A DNA stretch of 22,435 nt from a bacterium (GCA_046484135.1 JAWOBU010000051.1:1-22435), one strand, 5' to 3'; shown: positions 1 to 10,198, numbered from the stretch's first letter. The notes: generated by a model not told the origin, from the letters alone. A program made the numbers and translations.

Positions 1-20
1 AAACTGAAGTCTACACTCAT
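1..20 (-). CDS. 5' end of a gene running off the left edge (MSVDFS...); possibly an acyl-CoA dehydrogenase
   Basis: ATG at 20-18 preceded by a strong SD (AGGAGAAGGAGG) on the minus strand. Only 6 codons are visible. 'DFS(L/F)' resembles typical acyl-CoA dehydrogenase N-termini (cf. MDFTL at 5086), but the product is a guess. Confidence 0.45.
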
Positions 21-99
21 AACTTGCCCTCCTTCTCCTGGTTTAATTCTTGTCGCTTTCAAGATAATGCCGCGTTCTCATATCGAGCTTGACCGGGCA

Positions 100-1686
100 C
101 TAATGATTATACCGGAACAGCCGGGTGGGCGGCTGCAGGGCGTCTCCGAAAACACGGGTGCGGGCCTCTCTCACCCGGCCGGTAAGCCAAAGGCCCCTGC
201 CCAAAGACTTCTCCAGTACGTCCGATTTCCCGAAGTCCGACTCGATCCGTCCGCGCAACTCCCGGGTCATCTCCCGCACCTTTTCGTTAGGCGCCAGGGA
301 CTCGGAGGCCCGTAACATGGCCTTGTACTTTCTCATCTGCCCGGCAAAGAACTCCGCCCGCGCTCGCAGGTGCGGCTCAGGAGCATCCTTCAGGTTTTTC
401 CATCCTTCGTACTCCGCCTCGATGTATCGGACCAGGGACGGGCCGAGCTCGTGAAAGTCGCGAAGATACGCCTCCTCCTGGATGGCCTCAGCCTCTTGCA
501 ACGTGAACTCCGGGTGGATGAACCAGGGCTGCTTGAACGCGTGCCACTCCTCAAAGGGAATGGCGGTCAGTATCTTCCCGCCCTCGCTCAACCGGTCGTA
601 AAGCGGAGTGCCCGGCACCGGCGAGTAATGGGCGAACTGGCTGAAAGCCGGACGGCAGGCTATGTGCTCCGAGATGTCCTCCCGGATGTTCTCTTTGGTG
701 TGCTCGTCCAAAAGCAGGATGGAACTCAAGATCGTCTTGATGCCGTAGCTCCTGAGCTCGGCCACCAGCTCTTTCATGTCAATGCCCCGGTTCTTGCGGT
801 ACGACGATAACGAGCTCTCCCTGCCGATCCACAACTGGCCGACACCCATCTCCGCCAGCTTGCGGGGACCGAACTCGACTGCCTTGTCCGCGGAACCGAA
901 GATCATCAGGTTGAATACCCGGCCCGATTCAACCACGCACCGCCGGAGCTCCTCCGCACGATTTAAGTCCAAAAGAAAATTGTCGTCCCCGATAAAGCAG
1001 ATCAGGTTCGAATTGAACCTTTTTTCCACCCGCAACATCTCGTTGAAAAGATCTTTGCCGCTCTCGTAAAACTTGATGTGCCGCCTGCCGAAAAAATGGC
1101 TCGGCGAGCAGAAGTCGCATCCGTAGGAGCAACCCAGCCCCACGATGATGTGCGGGTTGTGCACGCCGATTACGGGAACGCCGAAAACCTCCCTGCTCTC
1201 CGCAAACACATCCGGGTTTTTGAACCTGAACTCCGGCGGCTCGCCCAAAAGTTCCCTCATGAAGCTGATGCCTTCTCCCACGCACAGGTGGTCCACTTCC
1301 ATCAGCTTTTCCAGGTCGGGCAGGTTGGCGCAGAAGCCGCCCACCACTACGGTGGAGCGGGGGGAGAGCTCCCGGACCTCTTCGACCATCCTCTTCACCT
1401 TTTGGAGGTTGGGAAGAATGGAGCCGATGCCTACCACGTCGTATCCTTTTTGGGCCTCTTTGCGGAAGCGGGCAAGGGAGGGGAACTCGAGCACGTCCGC
1501 GGGCGTATCCACGTTGTTGGCGATGGCGTGGAGGCCGTAGGAGTTCATGAAGGTCCGCATGGAGAACGCGCCCTGGTACTTGGTAAGCTGGTTATGATAC
1601 AGCTCGATCTTGGAGTCACGGCGGCTGTAGATGCTGTCCACTCCAAAAGGCTTGAACACCGAGGACAGGAGGACCCGGCGAGCCAT
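100..1686 (-). CDS. cobalamin (B12)-binding domain radical SAM protein
   Basis: CxxxCxxC motif GCSYGCDFC, DDNF motif and PVPGTPLY. N-terminal Rossmann-like B12-binding region (YDVVGIGS...TVVVGGFCA...DHLCVGEG). SD AGAGG upstream of ATG. Confidence 0.85.
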   Translation of the reverse strand: MARRVLLSSVFKPFGVDSIYSRRDSKIELYHNQLTKYQGAFSMRTFMNSYGLHAIANNVDTPADVLEFPSLARFRKEAQKGYDVVGIGSILPNLQKVKRMVEEVRELSPRSTVVVGGFCANLPDLEKLMEVDHLCVGEGISFMRELLGEPPEFRFKNPDVFAESREVFGVPVIGVHNPHIIVGLGCSYGCDFCSPSHFFGRRHIKFYESGKDLFNEMLRVEKRFNSNLICFIGDDNFLLDLNRAEELRRCVVESGRVFNLMIFGSADKAVEFGPRKLAEMGVGQLWIGRESSLSSYRKNRGIDMKELVAELRSYGIKTILSSILLLDEHTKENIREDISEHIACRPAFSQFAHYSPVPGTPLYDRLSEGGKILTAIPFEEWHAFKQPWFIHPEFTLQEAEAIQEEAYLRDFHELGPSLVRYIEAEYEGWKNLKDAPEPHLRARAEFFAGQMRKYKAMLRASESLAPNEKVREMTRELRGRIESDFGKSDVLEKSLGRGLWLTGRVREARTRVFGDALQPPTRLFRYNH

Positions 1687-1732
1687 TTACAGACCTCTTT
1701 TGACGAGCCGCGAGTTGAACTTCATCGCCGGC

Positions 1733-2812
1733 CTACTCCGCGCCTCCCTGGTACTCGGGCACTGACTCCAGACCGCCCTTGTAAACCTCCCAGCTCGACT
1801 CCATGACCGTCTTCTCGCCCGGCGATAAGCTGACCCGCGGTCCCATGGCCTCCATCTCCACGTAGCGCGCGCCCGGGTTGTCCTTGTTGTAGCGGCGCTC
1901 GTGCTTGTGCACGAACTCGCCTTTGCCGTTCACCCAGACCTCGTAGTTGCCGCCGTCCGGGTAGGTCGCTTCCGGGTCGTAGCTGAAACGCTGAACATAG
2001 GTGTAGCCCTTTTGCGGGTCCACCATGGCCGCCCAGCCGTCCGCCACGTCCATTACTATCTTGCCCACGAAGTTCATGAACTTGACGATCAAAAGCTCCC
2101 GGTCATAGTCGGGCTGCCAGTTGAAGCTGGACGCCAACCCGAACATGACCTTGTACTTTTCCGGCCAGCGGCTGTCCGCGTTCATGGGAAGCGCGAGGTA
2201 AGCCTGTTCGTTCCAGTCATGCTCGCCCTTTTTCTTGCCCTGGTCGGAGAAGTCCATCTGGGTCACCGTCCAGACACCCCAGGAGACCGTGCGGTCGGAC
2301 ACGTTCTTCATGGTGATCTTGGAGGACAGCTTATTACTGTCGTCTCTCAGGGTAAGCTCCCGGATAAACTGCACGCCCGCGTAACCGCCCTTGTCCGAGC
2401 CTGTAAGTTTTACCTTCACCTCTTTGCCTTTTTTAGAGAGGATTTCGTACCGGTAAGGCGCGGTGATCACCGGGTCGCCGGGGCCGGGCCACTGCTCTTT
2501 GGTGTCCCAACCTTGCGGAGCGGGCCATACCTTGTCTCCGCCGTAGTTCTTCCAGACCTCCATGTTGTCGTTCTCTTCCGGCGGATACACCTTGCCGGCC
2601 AGGTCCTCGTTTACCCACAGCCAGTCTTTACCGTCCACCCGGTACTGGATGATCCGGCCCGCAATCTCGGGCGCTATGTAGACCTCGGTGGTCGCGTTTT
2701 TCATAAGCACGCACTTCCAGCCCTTGTAATCCACGCCCTCCTCGACCGTCGCTCCGAACGCCAGAGCGGGCATGAGCATAAAAGCTGCAAACAACCATAC
2801 ATGCTTTTTCAT
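1733..2812 (-). CDS. secreted beta-rich protein, probable galactose-mutarotase-like fold (DUF4380-like)
   Basis: Sec signal peptide MKKHVWLFAAFMLMPALAFG. Motifs PEIAGRIIQY, NYGGDKVWPAPQ and YVEMEAMGP...LSPGE are typical of this family. SD GGGAGG. Confidence 0.65.
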   Translation of the reverse strand: MKKHVWLFAAFMLMPALAFGATVEEGVDYKGWKCVLMKNATTEVYIAPEIAGRIIQYRVDGKDWLWVNEDLAGKVYPPEENDNMEVWKNYGGDKVWPAPQGWDTKEQWPGPGDPVITAPYRYEILSKKGKEVKVKLTGSDKGGYAGVQFIRELTLRDDSNKLSSKITMKNVSDRTVSWGVWTVTQMDFSDQGKKKGEHDWNEQAYLALPMNADSRWPEKYKVMFGLASSFNWQPDYDRELLIVKFMNFVGKIVMDVADGWAAMVDPQKGYTYVQRFSYDPEATYPDGGNYEVWVNGKGEFVHKHERRYNKDNPGARYVEMEAMGPRVSLSPGEKTVMESSWEVYKGGLESVPEYQGGAE

Positions 2813-2933
2813 GGGTCCGTCCTCCCAAAAAGAGTTTTCGTCTTTTCAATATGGCCTTATCAGGCAATGAATGCAAGTGATACACGGACACCATAAAGGA
2901 ATGAAGACATGCCTATTAACATCCGGTATCCCG

Positions 2934-4928
2934 TCAGCCCACCTTGAGCTCTATCTCCTCGAGCCGCTTGATCCGGTCCCTGATCTCGGCCGCCTTCTCG
3001 AAATCAAGCTCGTCGGCCGCCTGTTTCATCCGGCTCCGCAGGCCCTCAATCATTTTCGGAATCTCTGCCGGGTCCTTCACGTCGGGAAGGTCGGAAGCTT
3101 CAGCCTCCACCGTTACGTAGTCGGCCTCGTAGACCGACTCGCGGATGTCGTAGATGTTCTTTTGGATGGTTTGGGGGGTTATGCCGTTCTCCTGGTTATA
3201 GGCGTCCTGGATGGACCGGCGACGGTTGGTCTCGTCAATGCACACTCTCATGGAGCGGGTTATGCGGTCCGCGTACAGAATGACCGTTCCCTCCACGTTG
3301 CGGGCCGCACGGCCCACTGTCTGGATAAGCGCCCGCTCTCCGCGCAGAAACCCTTCCTTGTCCGCGTCCAGGATGCCGACCAGGGCCACCTCGGGGATGT
3401 CCAGCCCCTCCCGGAGCAGGTTCACCCCCACCAGCACGTCGTACTGGTCCATCCTGAGATTCCTGATGATCTCGTAGCGCTCGAGGGTATGGATGTCAGA
3501 GTGAAGGTACTCGACCCGCATGCCCAGGTCGGCGTAGTACTGGGTCAGGTCCTCGGCCATCCGCTTGGTCAGGGTGGTGATGAGCACCTTCTGGTTCTTC
3601 TTGATCCTCTCCTGGACCTCGTCGTAAAGGTCGTCCACCTGGTTGCCCGCGGGCTTGACTTCGATCTGCGGGTCCATGAGACCGGTGGGACGGATGATCT
3701 GCTCGACCACTAGGCCCCCGCTCTTTTGCATCTCGTACTCCGCGGGAGTGGCGGACACGTATATGACCTGGTTCAGTCTCTGTTCAAACTCGTGAAACTG
3801 GAGGGGCCGGTTGTCCAGGGCGGAGGGAAGCCGGAACCCGAACTCGACCAGGTTCTGCTTGCGCGACCGGTCCCCCTTGTACATGCCTCCCACCTGGGGA
3901 ATGGTCACGTGGGACTCGTCCACTATAAGCAGGTAATCTTCCGGGAAGTAGTGCATCAGGGTGTAAGGGGCCTCGCCGGGCTGCCTGCCGGTAAGGTGGC
4001 GGGAGTAGTTCTCAATACCGGTGCAGTAGCCCATCTCCTTTAACATCTCGAGATCGTAAAGGGTGCGCTGTTCGAGCCGCTGGGCCTCCACCAGCTTGTT
4101 CTCTGATCGGAACTCTTCGAGGCGCTGATTGAGCTCCTCCTTGATGTCCTGAATCGCCTTCTCCAGCATGTCCTTATAAGTTACGTAATGGGAAGAAGGG
4201 TATATGGCCACGTCACTAAGACGGCGCTTGACCTTTCCCCTGAGCGGGTCTATCTCCGAGATGGTCTCGAGCTCGTCTCCGAAGAACTCGAGCCGAATCG
4301 CGGTCTCGGACTCGTGGGCGGGAAATACCTCGACCACGTCGCCCCGGACCCGGAAGGTGCCGCGGTGGAAGTCCACGTCGTTTCTCTCGTACTGGATTTC
4401 CACCAGCTTCCTTAACACCGCGTCCCGGTCTATCTGTTGGCCCTGAAAGGCCCGGAGCATGAGATCGTGGTAAGTGTCCGGCGCGCCGATGCCGTAGATG
4501 CATGACACCGAGGCCACCACTATAACGTCGCGCCTCTCCAGGACCGCGCGGGTGGCGGAGTGGCGCATCTTATCTATCTCCTCGTTTATGGAGCTGTCCT
4601 TTTCGATGTAGGTATCGGTGGTGGGGATGTAAGCCTCGGGCTGGTAGTAGTCGTAGTAGGACACGAAGTACTCGACCGCGTTGTCCGGGAAGAGCTCCCT
4701 GAACTCGGCATAAAGCTGGGCCGCCAATGTTTTGTTGTGAGCAAGCACCAGGGCGGGCCGGTTAACCTCGGCTATCACGTTGGCTATGGTAAAGGTCTTA
4801 CCCGAACCGGTGACCCCTAACAACACCTGGTTCTTGACATCTTCCTTGAGGTTCCCGCTGAGCTCGTCTATGGCCTGGGGCTGGTCCCCGCAGGGGGTGT
4901 AGTCGCTTTTAAGCTCGAATTTATCCAT
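2934..4928 (-). CDS. uvrB: excinuclease ABC subunit B
   Basis: Walker A GVTGSGKT, beta-hairpin [28 protein letters not shown] and a C-terminal UVR domain ([15 protein letters not shown]). Start placed at ATG 4928 (MDKFELK) behind SD AGGAG rather than at 4982. Confidence 0.98.
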   Translation of the reverse strand: MDKFELKSDYTPCGDQPQAIDELSGNLKEDVKNQVLLGVTGSGKTFTIANVIAEVNRPALVLAHNKTLAAQLYAEFRELFPDNAVEYFVSYYDYYQPEAYIPTTDTYIEKDSSINEEIDKMRHSATRAVLERRDVIVVASVSCIYGIGAPDTYHDLMLRAFQGQQIDRDAVLRKLVEIQYERNDVDFHRGTFRVRGDVVEVFPAHESETAIRLEFFGDELETISEIDPLRGKVKRRLSDVAIYPSSHYVTYKDMLEKAIQDIKEELNQRLEEFRSENKLVEAQRLEQRTLYDLEMLKEMGYCTGIENYSRHLTGRQPGEAPYTLMHYFPEDYLLIVDESHVTIPQVGGMYKGDRSRKQNLVEFGFRLPSALDNRPLQFHEFEQRLNQVIYVSATPAEYEMQKSGGLVVEQIIRPTGLMDPQIEVKPAGNQVDDLYDEVQERIKKNQKVLITTLTKRMAEDLTQYYADLGMRVEYLHSDIHTLERYEIIRNLRMDQYDVLVGVNLLREGLDIPEVALVGILDADKEGFLRGERALIQTVGRAARNVEGTVILYADRITRSMRVCIDETNRRRSIQDAYNQENGITPQTIQKNIYDIRESVYEADYVTVEAEASDLPDVKDPAEIPKMIEGLRSRMKQAADELDFEKAAEIRDRIKRLEEIELKVG

Positions 4929-5085
4929 GGCTCCTGATGATAACGCGGGCCGCCCGCGGCTTCCAGCCCGAGTTGGACGCAAAGCCCTTTAGTGATATTA
5001 TGAGCATGATCGGCGCGGCTATAATCACTATATGGAAGTATTTCGGCTGAAACGTATCCTTTGAGATTGCAGGTGGAGGATTGTT

Positions 5086-6246
5086 ATGGATTTCACGCTC
5101 AGTGAAGAGCACCGGATGTTAAAAGACATGGTCGGCAAGTTTTCCGACCAGGAGCTCGGCACCATCGCCGAAAAGATAGACGAGGACGACCACGTACCGG
5201 AGAATATATGGAAGCAGTTGGGGGAGCTGGGGGTGATGGGAGCGAACATCCCCATGGAGTACGGCGGCGGGGGCATGGACGTTCTCTCGTCGGTGATCAT
5301 CATGGAGGAGCTCTCCCGTCAGTGCGCCGCGGTGGCCCTTTCCTGGCTGGCCCACGCCATCCTGTGCGTCAACAACCTTTACGAGCACGGAAACGAAGAC
5401 CAGAAAAAGAAGTGGCTACCCGACCTCTGCAGCGGCGAGAAGATCGGCTGCATGGCTTTGACCGAGCCCAACTCCGGCTCCGACGCAGTAGGCATCCGCA
5501 CCACCGCCCGCAAAGACGGCGACCACTACGTGTTGAACGGAACCAAGACCTTTATCACCAACGCGCCTATCGCGGACGTGGCACTGGTCTACACCAAAAC
5601 CACCCCGGAAAGAGGCGCCCGCGGCATCAGCGCCTTTATAGTGGACACCAACACCGAGGGCTTTAACGTGGCCAGGAAGCTCCGGAAGATGGGCCATCGC
5701 GGGTCCCCCACCGGCGAGATATCCATCGAGGACTGCCGGGTCCCGGCCGAAAACATGCTGGGACAGGAAAACAAGGGCATATCTGTAATGATGAAAGGCC
5801 TGGACGTTGAAAGGACGGTCATTGCCGCCGGACCGGTAGGACTTGCCCAGCAGGGTCTTGACCTGTCCACCCGATACGCCATAGAGAGAGAACAGTTCGG
5901 CCAGCAGATCGCGGATTTCCAGATGATCCAGGCCAAGCTGGCCGACATGTACGTGCAGGTCGAGTCAGCCCGGCTTTTGACCTACAAGGCGGCCATCCTG
6001 GCCCAGACCTCCGAGCGCGGCGGCAAGGGCACGGAAATCCACAAGCTGGCTGCCGCGGCTGTGCTCTACGCCGCTGAGATGGCGGAGCAGGTTTCCCTTG
6101 AAGCCATCCAGGTCCACGGGGGATACGGCTATACCCTCGAGTACGCGGTGAACCGACTGCTCCGGGACGCCAAGCTCTACACCATCGGAGCGGGCACTTC
6201 CGAGATAAGAAGACTGGTGGTGGCAAGGGAGCTTCTGGGCAAATGA
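5086..6246 (+). CDS. acyl-CoA dehydrogenase, isovaleryl-CoA dehydrogenase type
   Basis: [34 protein letters not shown] (catalytic Glu in the IVD position) and IGAGTSEI (no Glu at the MCAD position) match the IVD subfamily. SD GGAGG. Confidence 0.9.
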   Translation: MDFTLSEEHRMLKDMVGKFSDQELGTIAEKIDEDDHVPENIWKQLGELGVMGANIPMEYGGGGMDVLSSVIIMEELSRQCAAVALSWLAHAILCVNNLYEHGNEDQKKKWLPDLCSGEKIGCMALTEPNSGSDAVGIRTTARKDGDHYVLNGTKTFITNAPIADVALVYTKTTPERGARGISAFIVDTNTEGFNVARKLRKMGHRGSPTGEISIEDCRVPAENMLGQENKGISVMMKGLDVERTVIAAGPVGLAQQGLDLSTRYAIEREQFGQQIADFQMIQAKLADMYVQVESARLLTYKAAILAQTSERGGKGTEIHKLAAAAVLYAAEMAEQVSLEAIQVHGGYGYTLEYAVNRLLRDAKLYTIGAGTSEIRRLVVARELLGK

Positions 6247-6280
6247 TGCGCCTATAAATTTTTGGGCTTGCATATTGACC

Positions 6281-6301
6281 CGCCTTAATGTAAGGTGTTT
6301 T
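6281..6301 (+). terminator. weak hairpin plus T-run between the dehydrogenase and thiolase (possible weak terminator or operator)
   Basis: CGCCTTA-ATG-TAAGGTG followed by TTTT. It overlaps a possible TTGCAT-17-TAAGGT promoter (6268-6296). Confidence 0.3.
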
Positions 6302-6349
6302 CCGTTTCCCGAACGTAAAAAAATCAATTTCTAAGTAATGGAGGTTATC

Positions 6350-7534
6350 ATGGCTGAGTTGAAAGAATGCGTACTGGTAGACGGTGTTCGGACCGCCAAC
6401 GGAAGGGCCCATAAAGAGAAGGGATGGTTCCGGAACTTAAGGCCGGACGAGCTTCTGACTTACGTTTACAATGCCCTGTTCGAGCGGAACCAAAAGATCA
6501 AGCCCGACGAAGTAGAAGCGGTGTTCGTGGGCACTGCCAACCAGACCGGCGCCCAGAACGACATTGCCCGGCTTGCTTGGCTGGCCTCCGGCCTGCCCGA
6601 AAGCGTTCCCACCAACGGCATCAACCAGCAGTGCCCCTCCGGCATGGCGGCCATCGAGCACGCCGCCCGCGCCATCCAGTGCGGGGAAGGCGACATCTAC
6701 ATTGCCGCGGGTGCAGAGGACATGTACATGGTGCCCATGGGAGCGGGCCTGGACTTTCCTCCCCGGATCGGCAACTACTACAACCCCATGGAGTTCCCCA
6801 TGGGAATGACCGCGGAAAAGGTGGGAGAAATCTACAAGATCGAACGGGCTGACACCGAACAGATGGCTTATTACAGCCACGTGCGGGCCAAGGAGGCCAG
6901 GGACTCCGGCAAGTTCAAAAAAGAGATAGTGCCGGTGCCCGGCCTGGACGAGAACGGAAACGAGTTCACCGTGGAAACGGACCAGTGGATCCGGGAGAAC
7001 CCCAGCACCGAGCAGATGGCCCAGATGAAACCCGCGTTCAAGCCCGACGGAATGGTGACCGCGGCAACCAGCTCGCCCCTTACCACCGGCGCCTGCGCCA
7101 CGCTCCTCATGAGCCGCGAGAAAGCGGACAAGCTCGGGCTGTCCTACCACCTGCGCTACGGCGGAGGCGTAATGGCCGGCTACGACCCCACCCAGATGGG
7201 CATGGCCCCTCTGCCCGCGGCACAAAAGCTACTGAAAAGAAAAGGTCTCAAAGCAGACGACATTGACGTATGGGAGCTGAACGAGGCATTTGGGACCCAG
7301 GCTCTGGCGGTATTGCGGGAGCTGGGGGTCGAAGAGAACGCTCCCTTTAAAAAGAGCAACCTATGGGGCGGGGCACTCGCGCTCGGCCATCCCCTGGGAG
7401 AGTCAGGCGCCAGGGTGGTTGTAACCCTGAACAACATCATGCAGACCGATAAGCCCGACGCCAAGCGCGGCATCGCCATGCTGTGCGGAGGCTTCGGAAA
7501 CGGCAACGCCTCCCTGTGGGAAAAGGTAGAGTAA
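6350..7534 (+). CDS. thiolase (acetyl-CoA C-acyltransferase)
   Basis: Catalytic Cys in NQQCPSG, NEAF, GHPLG and C-terminal CGGFGNG. Start placed at ATG 6350 behind SD GGAGG. Confidence 0.93.
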   Translation: MAELKECVLVDGVRTANGRAHKEKGWFRNLRPDELLTYVYNALFERNQKIKPDEVEAVFVGTANQTGAQNDIARLAWLASGLPESVPTNGINQQCPSGMAAIEHAARAIQCGEGDIYIAAGAEDMYMVPMGAGLDFPPRIGNYYNPMEFPMGMTAEKVGEIYKIERADTEQMAYYSHVRAKEARDSGKFKKEIVPVPGLDENGNEFTVETDQWIRENPSTEQMAQMKPAFKPDGMVTAATSSPLTTGACATLLMSREKADKLGLSYHLRYGGGVMAGYDPTQMGMAPLPAAQKLLKRKGLKADDIDVWELNEAFGTQALAVLRELGVEENAPFKKSNLWGGALALGHPLGESGARVVVTLNNIMQTDKPDAKRGIAMLCGGFGNGNASLWEKVE

Positions 7535-7585
7535 AGCGTTCTTTTTGAAGGCAAGAATCTTTCAGCGCTTAGTATTGAAATAATC

Positions 7586-7633
7586 GGGTGCGGGCGGCTT
7601 CGATCACCACTGAAGTCGCCCGCACTTTATTAT
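7586..7633 (+). terminator. rho-independent terminator after the thiolase
   Basis: About 15-bp GC-rich stem GTGCGGGCGGCTTCG / TGAAGTCGCCCGCAC (with G-U pairs) and an 8-nt loop, followed by TTTATTAT. Confidence 0.75.
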
Positions 7634-7671
7634 GATTTCTAAGCTATGTCTTTCCTGCGGCAGTGCGCAGG

Positions 7672-7701
7672 TTTACCGCGTTAAATTTGCTGTGTTATAA
7701 T
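7672..7701 (+). promoter_or_regulatory. sigma70-type promoter with extended -10 for the acylase/MinD/J-HTH operon
   Basis: TTTACC (7672-7677), 18-nt spacer, TG-t-TATAAT (perfect -10 at 7696-7701). ATG 7709 follows 7 nt later. Confidence 0.65.
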
Positions 7702-7708
7702 TTTTGTG

Positions 7709-10198
7709 ATGGCGGGAAAAGTATATGTGCGCATCTACCGGGGGCTTATTGCCGCCATGCTCATTATCCTGGTATCCGTCATTCTGATCGTTCTCTCGGC
7801 TTACTACATCTTTACCCACAAACCTCTTCCCCAGATCCAGGGCCAAATCCAGGTCTCCGGCGTAAAAGAGGATATCACCATTTTGCGCGACAAATGGGGA
7901 GTGCCCCATGTCTCTGCGAAGACCAGGCAAGACCTGTTTTTCGGGGTTGGTTACGTACAGGCCCAGGATCGGTTGTTCCAGATGGACCTGATAAGGAGGG
8001 TCGCGAACGGCCGGACGGCCGAGTGGCTTGGTCCGGAGGCGCTTCCCTCCGATAAAATGGCGCGGCTTATAGGGTTTGGCCGGCTTGCCAGAAAGAACTT
8101 TGAAAAAATTCCTTTGGAAACCAAAGCCTGTCTGGAGGCTTACTCGCGGGGAGTAAACGAACTCGCCGAGTACAAGGGAACCAACCTCCCGGTCGAGTAC
8201 AAGGCGCTGGAACAAGGGTTCGAGCCCTGGCAACCGGAAGACAGCCTCGCTATCGCGCTCTATCGTGCTTTCTGCTTGAGCGCCGGCTTCCGGAAAGAGC
8301 TGGTGCGGGGCATGATCGCCTGTGACTCGGACAGCATTAAACATTATGACAGGATTTTCCCGGCCTCCCTGCACAACAGCTCTCCCGGCCTGCCGCGTAC
8401 ACAGATACCGAAAAAGGAACTCGATGAGTTAACAGGAGAAGAACTGCTTGTGCCGGAAAAGGTGCGCGAGCTTCTGGAGGCGGACCGGCAAATGAGGCGC
8501 TATATAGGAGCCGACCTTCTGGTAAGGGCGTATGACTCTTGGGCCGTGGGAGCGGAAAACATGAGCTCCGGCAGTCCGCTTCTCTCTTCCAGCGCTTACT
8601 TCGGCCTTCAGTTGCCCGCGGTGTGGTACGAACTGCACCTCCACGGACCGGAAATCAACGTGATCGGCGCGACACTGCCGGGCCTGCCGGTTCTTTTGCT
8701 CGGAAGAAACCGGAATTTTGCCTGGAGTGCTTCGCCCGCGCTTTCCGACTGCACCGACCTTTATATCGAAACCCTTCACCCGGAAGACCCGGAGAGATAC
8801 CGGGCGGAGGACGGCTATCAAAGGTTCAAGACAAGAACCGAGACCATCACGGTGGGCTCGGCCGGGGGAATAAAACGCAAGGAGGAGTTCAAGATCAGGA
8901 TAAGCGAACACGGACCGGTCCTGGATATGCTCTCCGGCCCTGCGGCCTCGCGGGTTATCAGTCTCCGCTGGACGGGCCATGGACCGCTGGATCCGGCGGG
9001 ACCATATCTGCGCCTTATGGAAGCCCGCGGCCGCGAGACTTTTCTTGCCGCTTTACAAGGCCATCAAGCACCTGTCATGAACTTCCTTTACGCGGATAAA
9101 AAGAACAACCTGGTTTACAAGAAGGCGGGAAAGGTGCCGGTCAGAAAAGGCCACTCGGGCATAGTGCCGGTAACAGGCCATGATAGTGCTCATGGCTGGA
9201 ACGGGTTCACTATGACCGAGGGCCTGCCGGAAATAGTGAACCCCCACTCCGGCGTGCTGATATCCGGCAGCCTGGAACCGGTGCTTTTTCAAAAGGCGGA
9301 CTTGAAAGACGGCGACTGCCCGCTTTCCCGCCACCACGAGCTCTTCTCGGGAGCCGGCGATTTAAAACTGACCGCGAAGGACGTACAGGATTTACAGCTT
9401 GACACGGTGTCGCGCCGCGCCCGCCTGCTTCTTCCGTTCTTCCTGGAGGTGCTGGAAGAGAAAAGACGGGAAAGCGATGAGATGGACCGGGCCTTTCGGC
9501 AGTTGGATGACTGGAACTACGACATGGCCGCGGACCTGGCCGCTCCCACTATTTTCGCGCACGTGTACCGAGAGGCTTTCCGGCTGACCTATGAAGACGA
9601 AATGTCCGGGCCTGCATTCGATGCGTTTGCTTCTCATGAAACCTCGGCCATAATATTTGACTTGATAATGCAAAATAAAAGCGCGCCGGTGTTTGACGAC
9701 CGGCGAACACCGGAGACCGAGAACCGCTCCGATATAGTGGAGCGGGCGCTGGAGTCGGCGCTTTCCACTTTAAGCGAGACTGCCGGCCCCCGCATGAGCA
9801 CCTGGAGATGGGGAAAGTTTCACCGGATTTCTCTCGAGCATCCGCTGGGGGAATGGCCCGTTCTTCTCAAGCTGGCCAGCTACTTCGGGATAAACCCGGA
9901 GCCGGCGGGCCTTTCGGGAGGAAGAGATACCGTCAATATGGCATACTACAGGTTAACGGGAGAGTACGAGGTACGCACGGGAGCAAGTCTGCGCTTTACC
10001 GCCGGCCTCGGCGATGTAAACGGCGCCTGGCTTTCCTATCCGGGCGGCCAGTCCGGGCAGCCGTTCTCTCCTCATTACCTGGACGTGTACAAGCTGTGGG
10101 AAAGAGGGAGAGGTCATCCTATGCTCCTGGACAAAGACCGGATCGAAGAAAACCGGGAGGCCTCATTGAAGCTCGTGCCCGGCAACAGGGAGGGATAG
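7709..10198 (+). CDS. penicillin acylase family (Ntn-hydrolase) protein, N-terminally membrane-anchored, catalytic residues apparently degenerate
   Basis: Family motifs RDKWGVPH, GYVQAQDRLFQMDL, WYELHL, HGPV, NFLYAD, WRWGKFH and PGGQSGQPFSPHYLD. N-terminal hydrophobic helix. The expected (G)SNxW reads YDSW. Start is ATG 7709 or GTG 7706. Confidence 0.88.
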   Translation: MAGKVYVRIYRGLIAAMLIILVSVILIVLSAYYIFTHKPLPQIQGQIQVSGVKEDITILRDKWGVPHVSAKTRQDLFFGVGYVQAQDRLFQMDLIRRVANGRTAEWLGPEALPSDKMARLIGFGRLARKNFEKIPLETKACLEAYSRGVNELAEYKGTNLPVEYKALEQGFEPWQPEDSLAIALYRAFCLSAGFRKELVRGMIACDSDSIKHYDRIFPASLHNSSPGLPRTQIPKKELDELTGEELLVPEKVRELLEADRQMRRYIGADLLVRAYDSWAVGAENMSSGSPLLSSSAYFGLQLPAVWYELHLHGPEINVIGATLPGLPVLLLGRNRNFAWSASPALSDCTDLYIETLHPEDPERYRAEDGYQRFKTRTETITVGSAGGIKRKEEFKIRISEHGPVLDMLSGPAASRVISLRWTGHGPLDPAGPYLRLMEARGRETFLAALQGHQAPVMNFLYADKKNNLVYKKAGKVPVRKGHSGIVPVTGHDSAHGWNGFTMTEGLPEIVNPHSGVLISGSLEPVLFQKADLKDGDCPLSRHHELFSGAGDLKLTAKDVQDLQLDTVSRRARLLLPFFLEVLEEKRRESDEMDRAFRQLDDWNYDMAADLAAPTIFAHVYREAFRLTYEDEMSGPAFDAFASHETSAIIFDLIMQNKSAPVFDDRRTPETENRSDIVERALESALSTLSETAGPRMSTWRWGKFHRISLEHPLGEWPVLLKLASYFGINPEPAGLSGGRDTVNMAYYRLTGEYEVRTGASLRFTAGLGDVNGAWLSYPGGQSGQPFSPHYLDVYKLWERGRGHPMLLDKDRIEENREASLKLVPGNREG

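Noticed and set aside
1078..3713. Long plus-strand ORFs (1078-1806, 1901-2896, 2871-3713)
   Set aside because: Antisense shadows of the radical SAM, secreted protein and uvrB genes; V/H/L-rich composition typical of reverse frames.
4929..5085. LexA box upstream of uvrB, and the TAGTGAT/ATCACTA inverted repeat (4990-5030)
   Set aside because: No SOS-box consensus I recognise. The 7-bp arms are 27 nt apart in AT-rich promoter DNA and could be chance.
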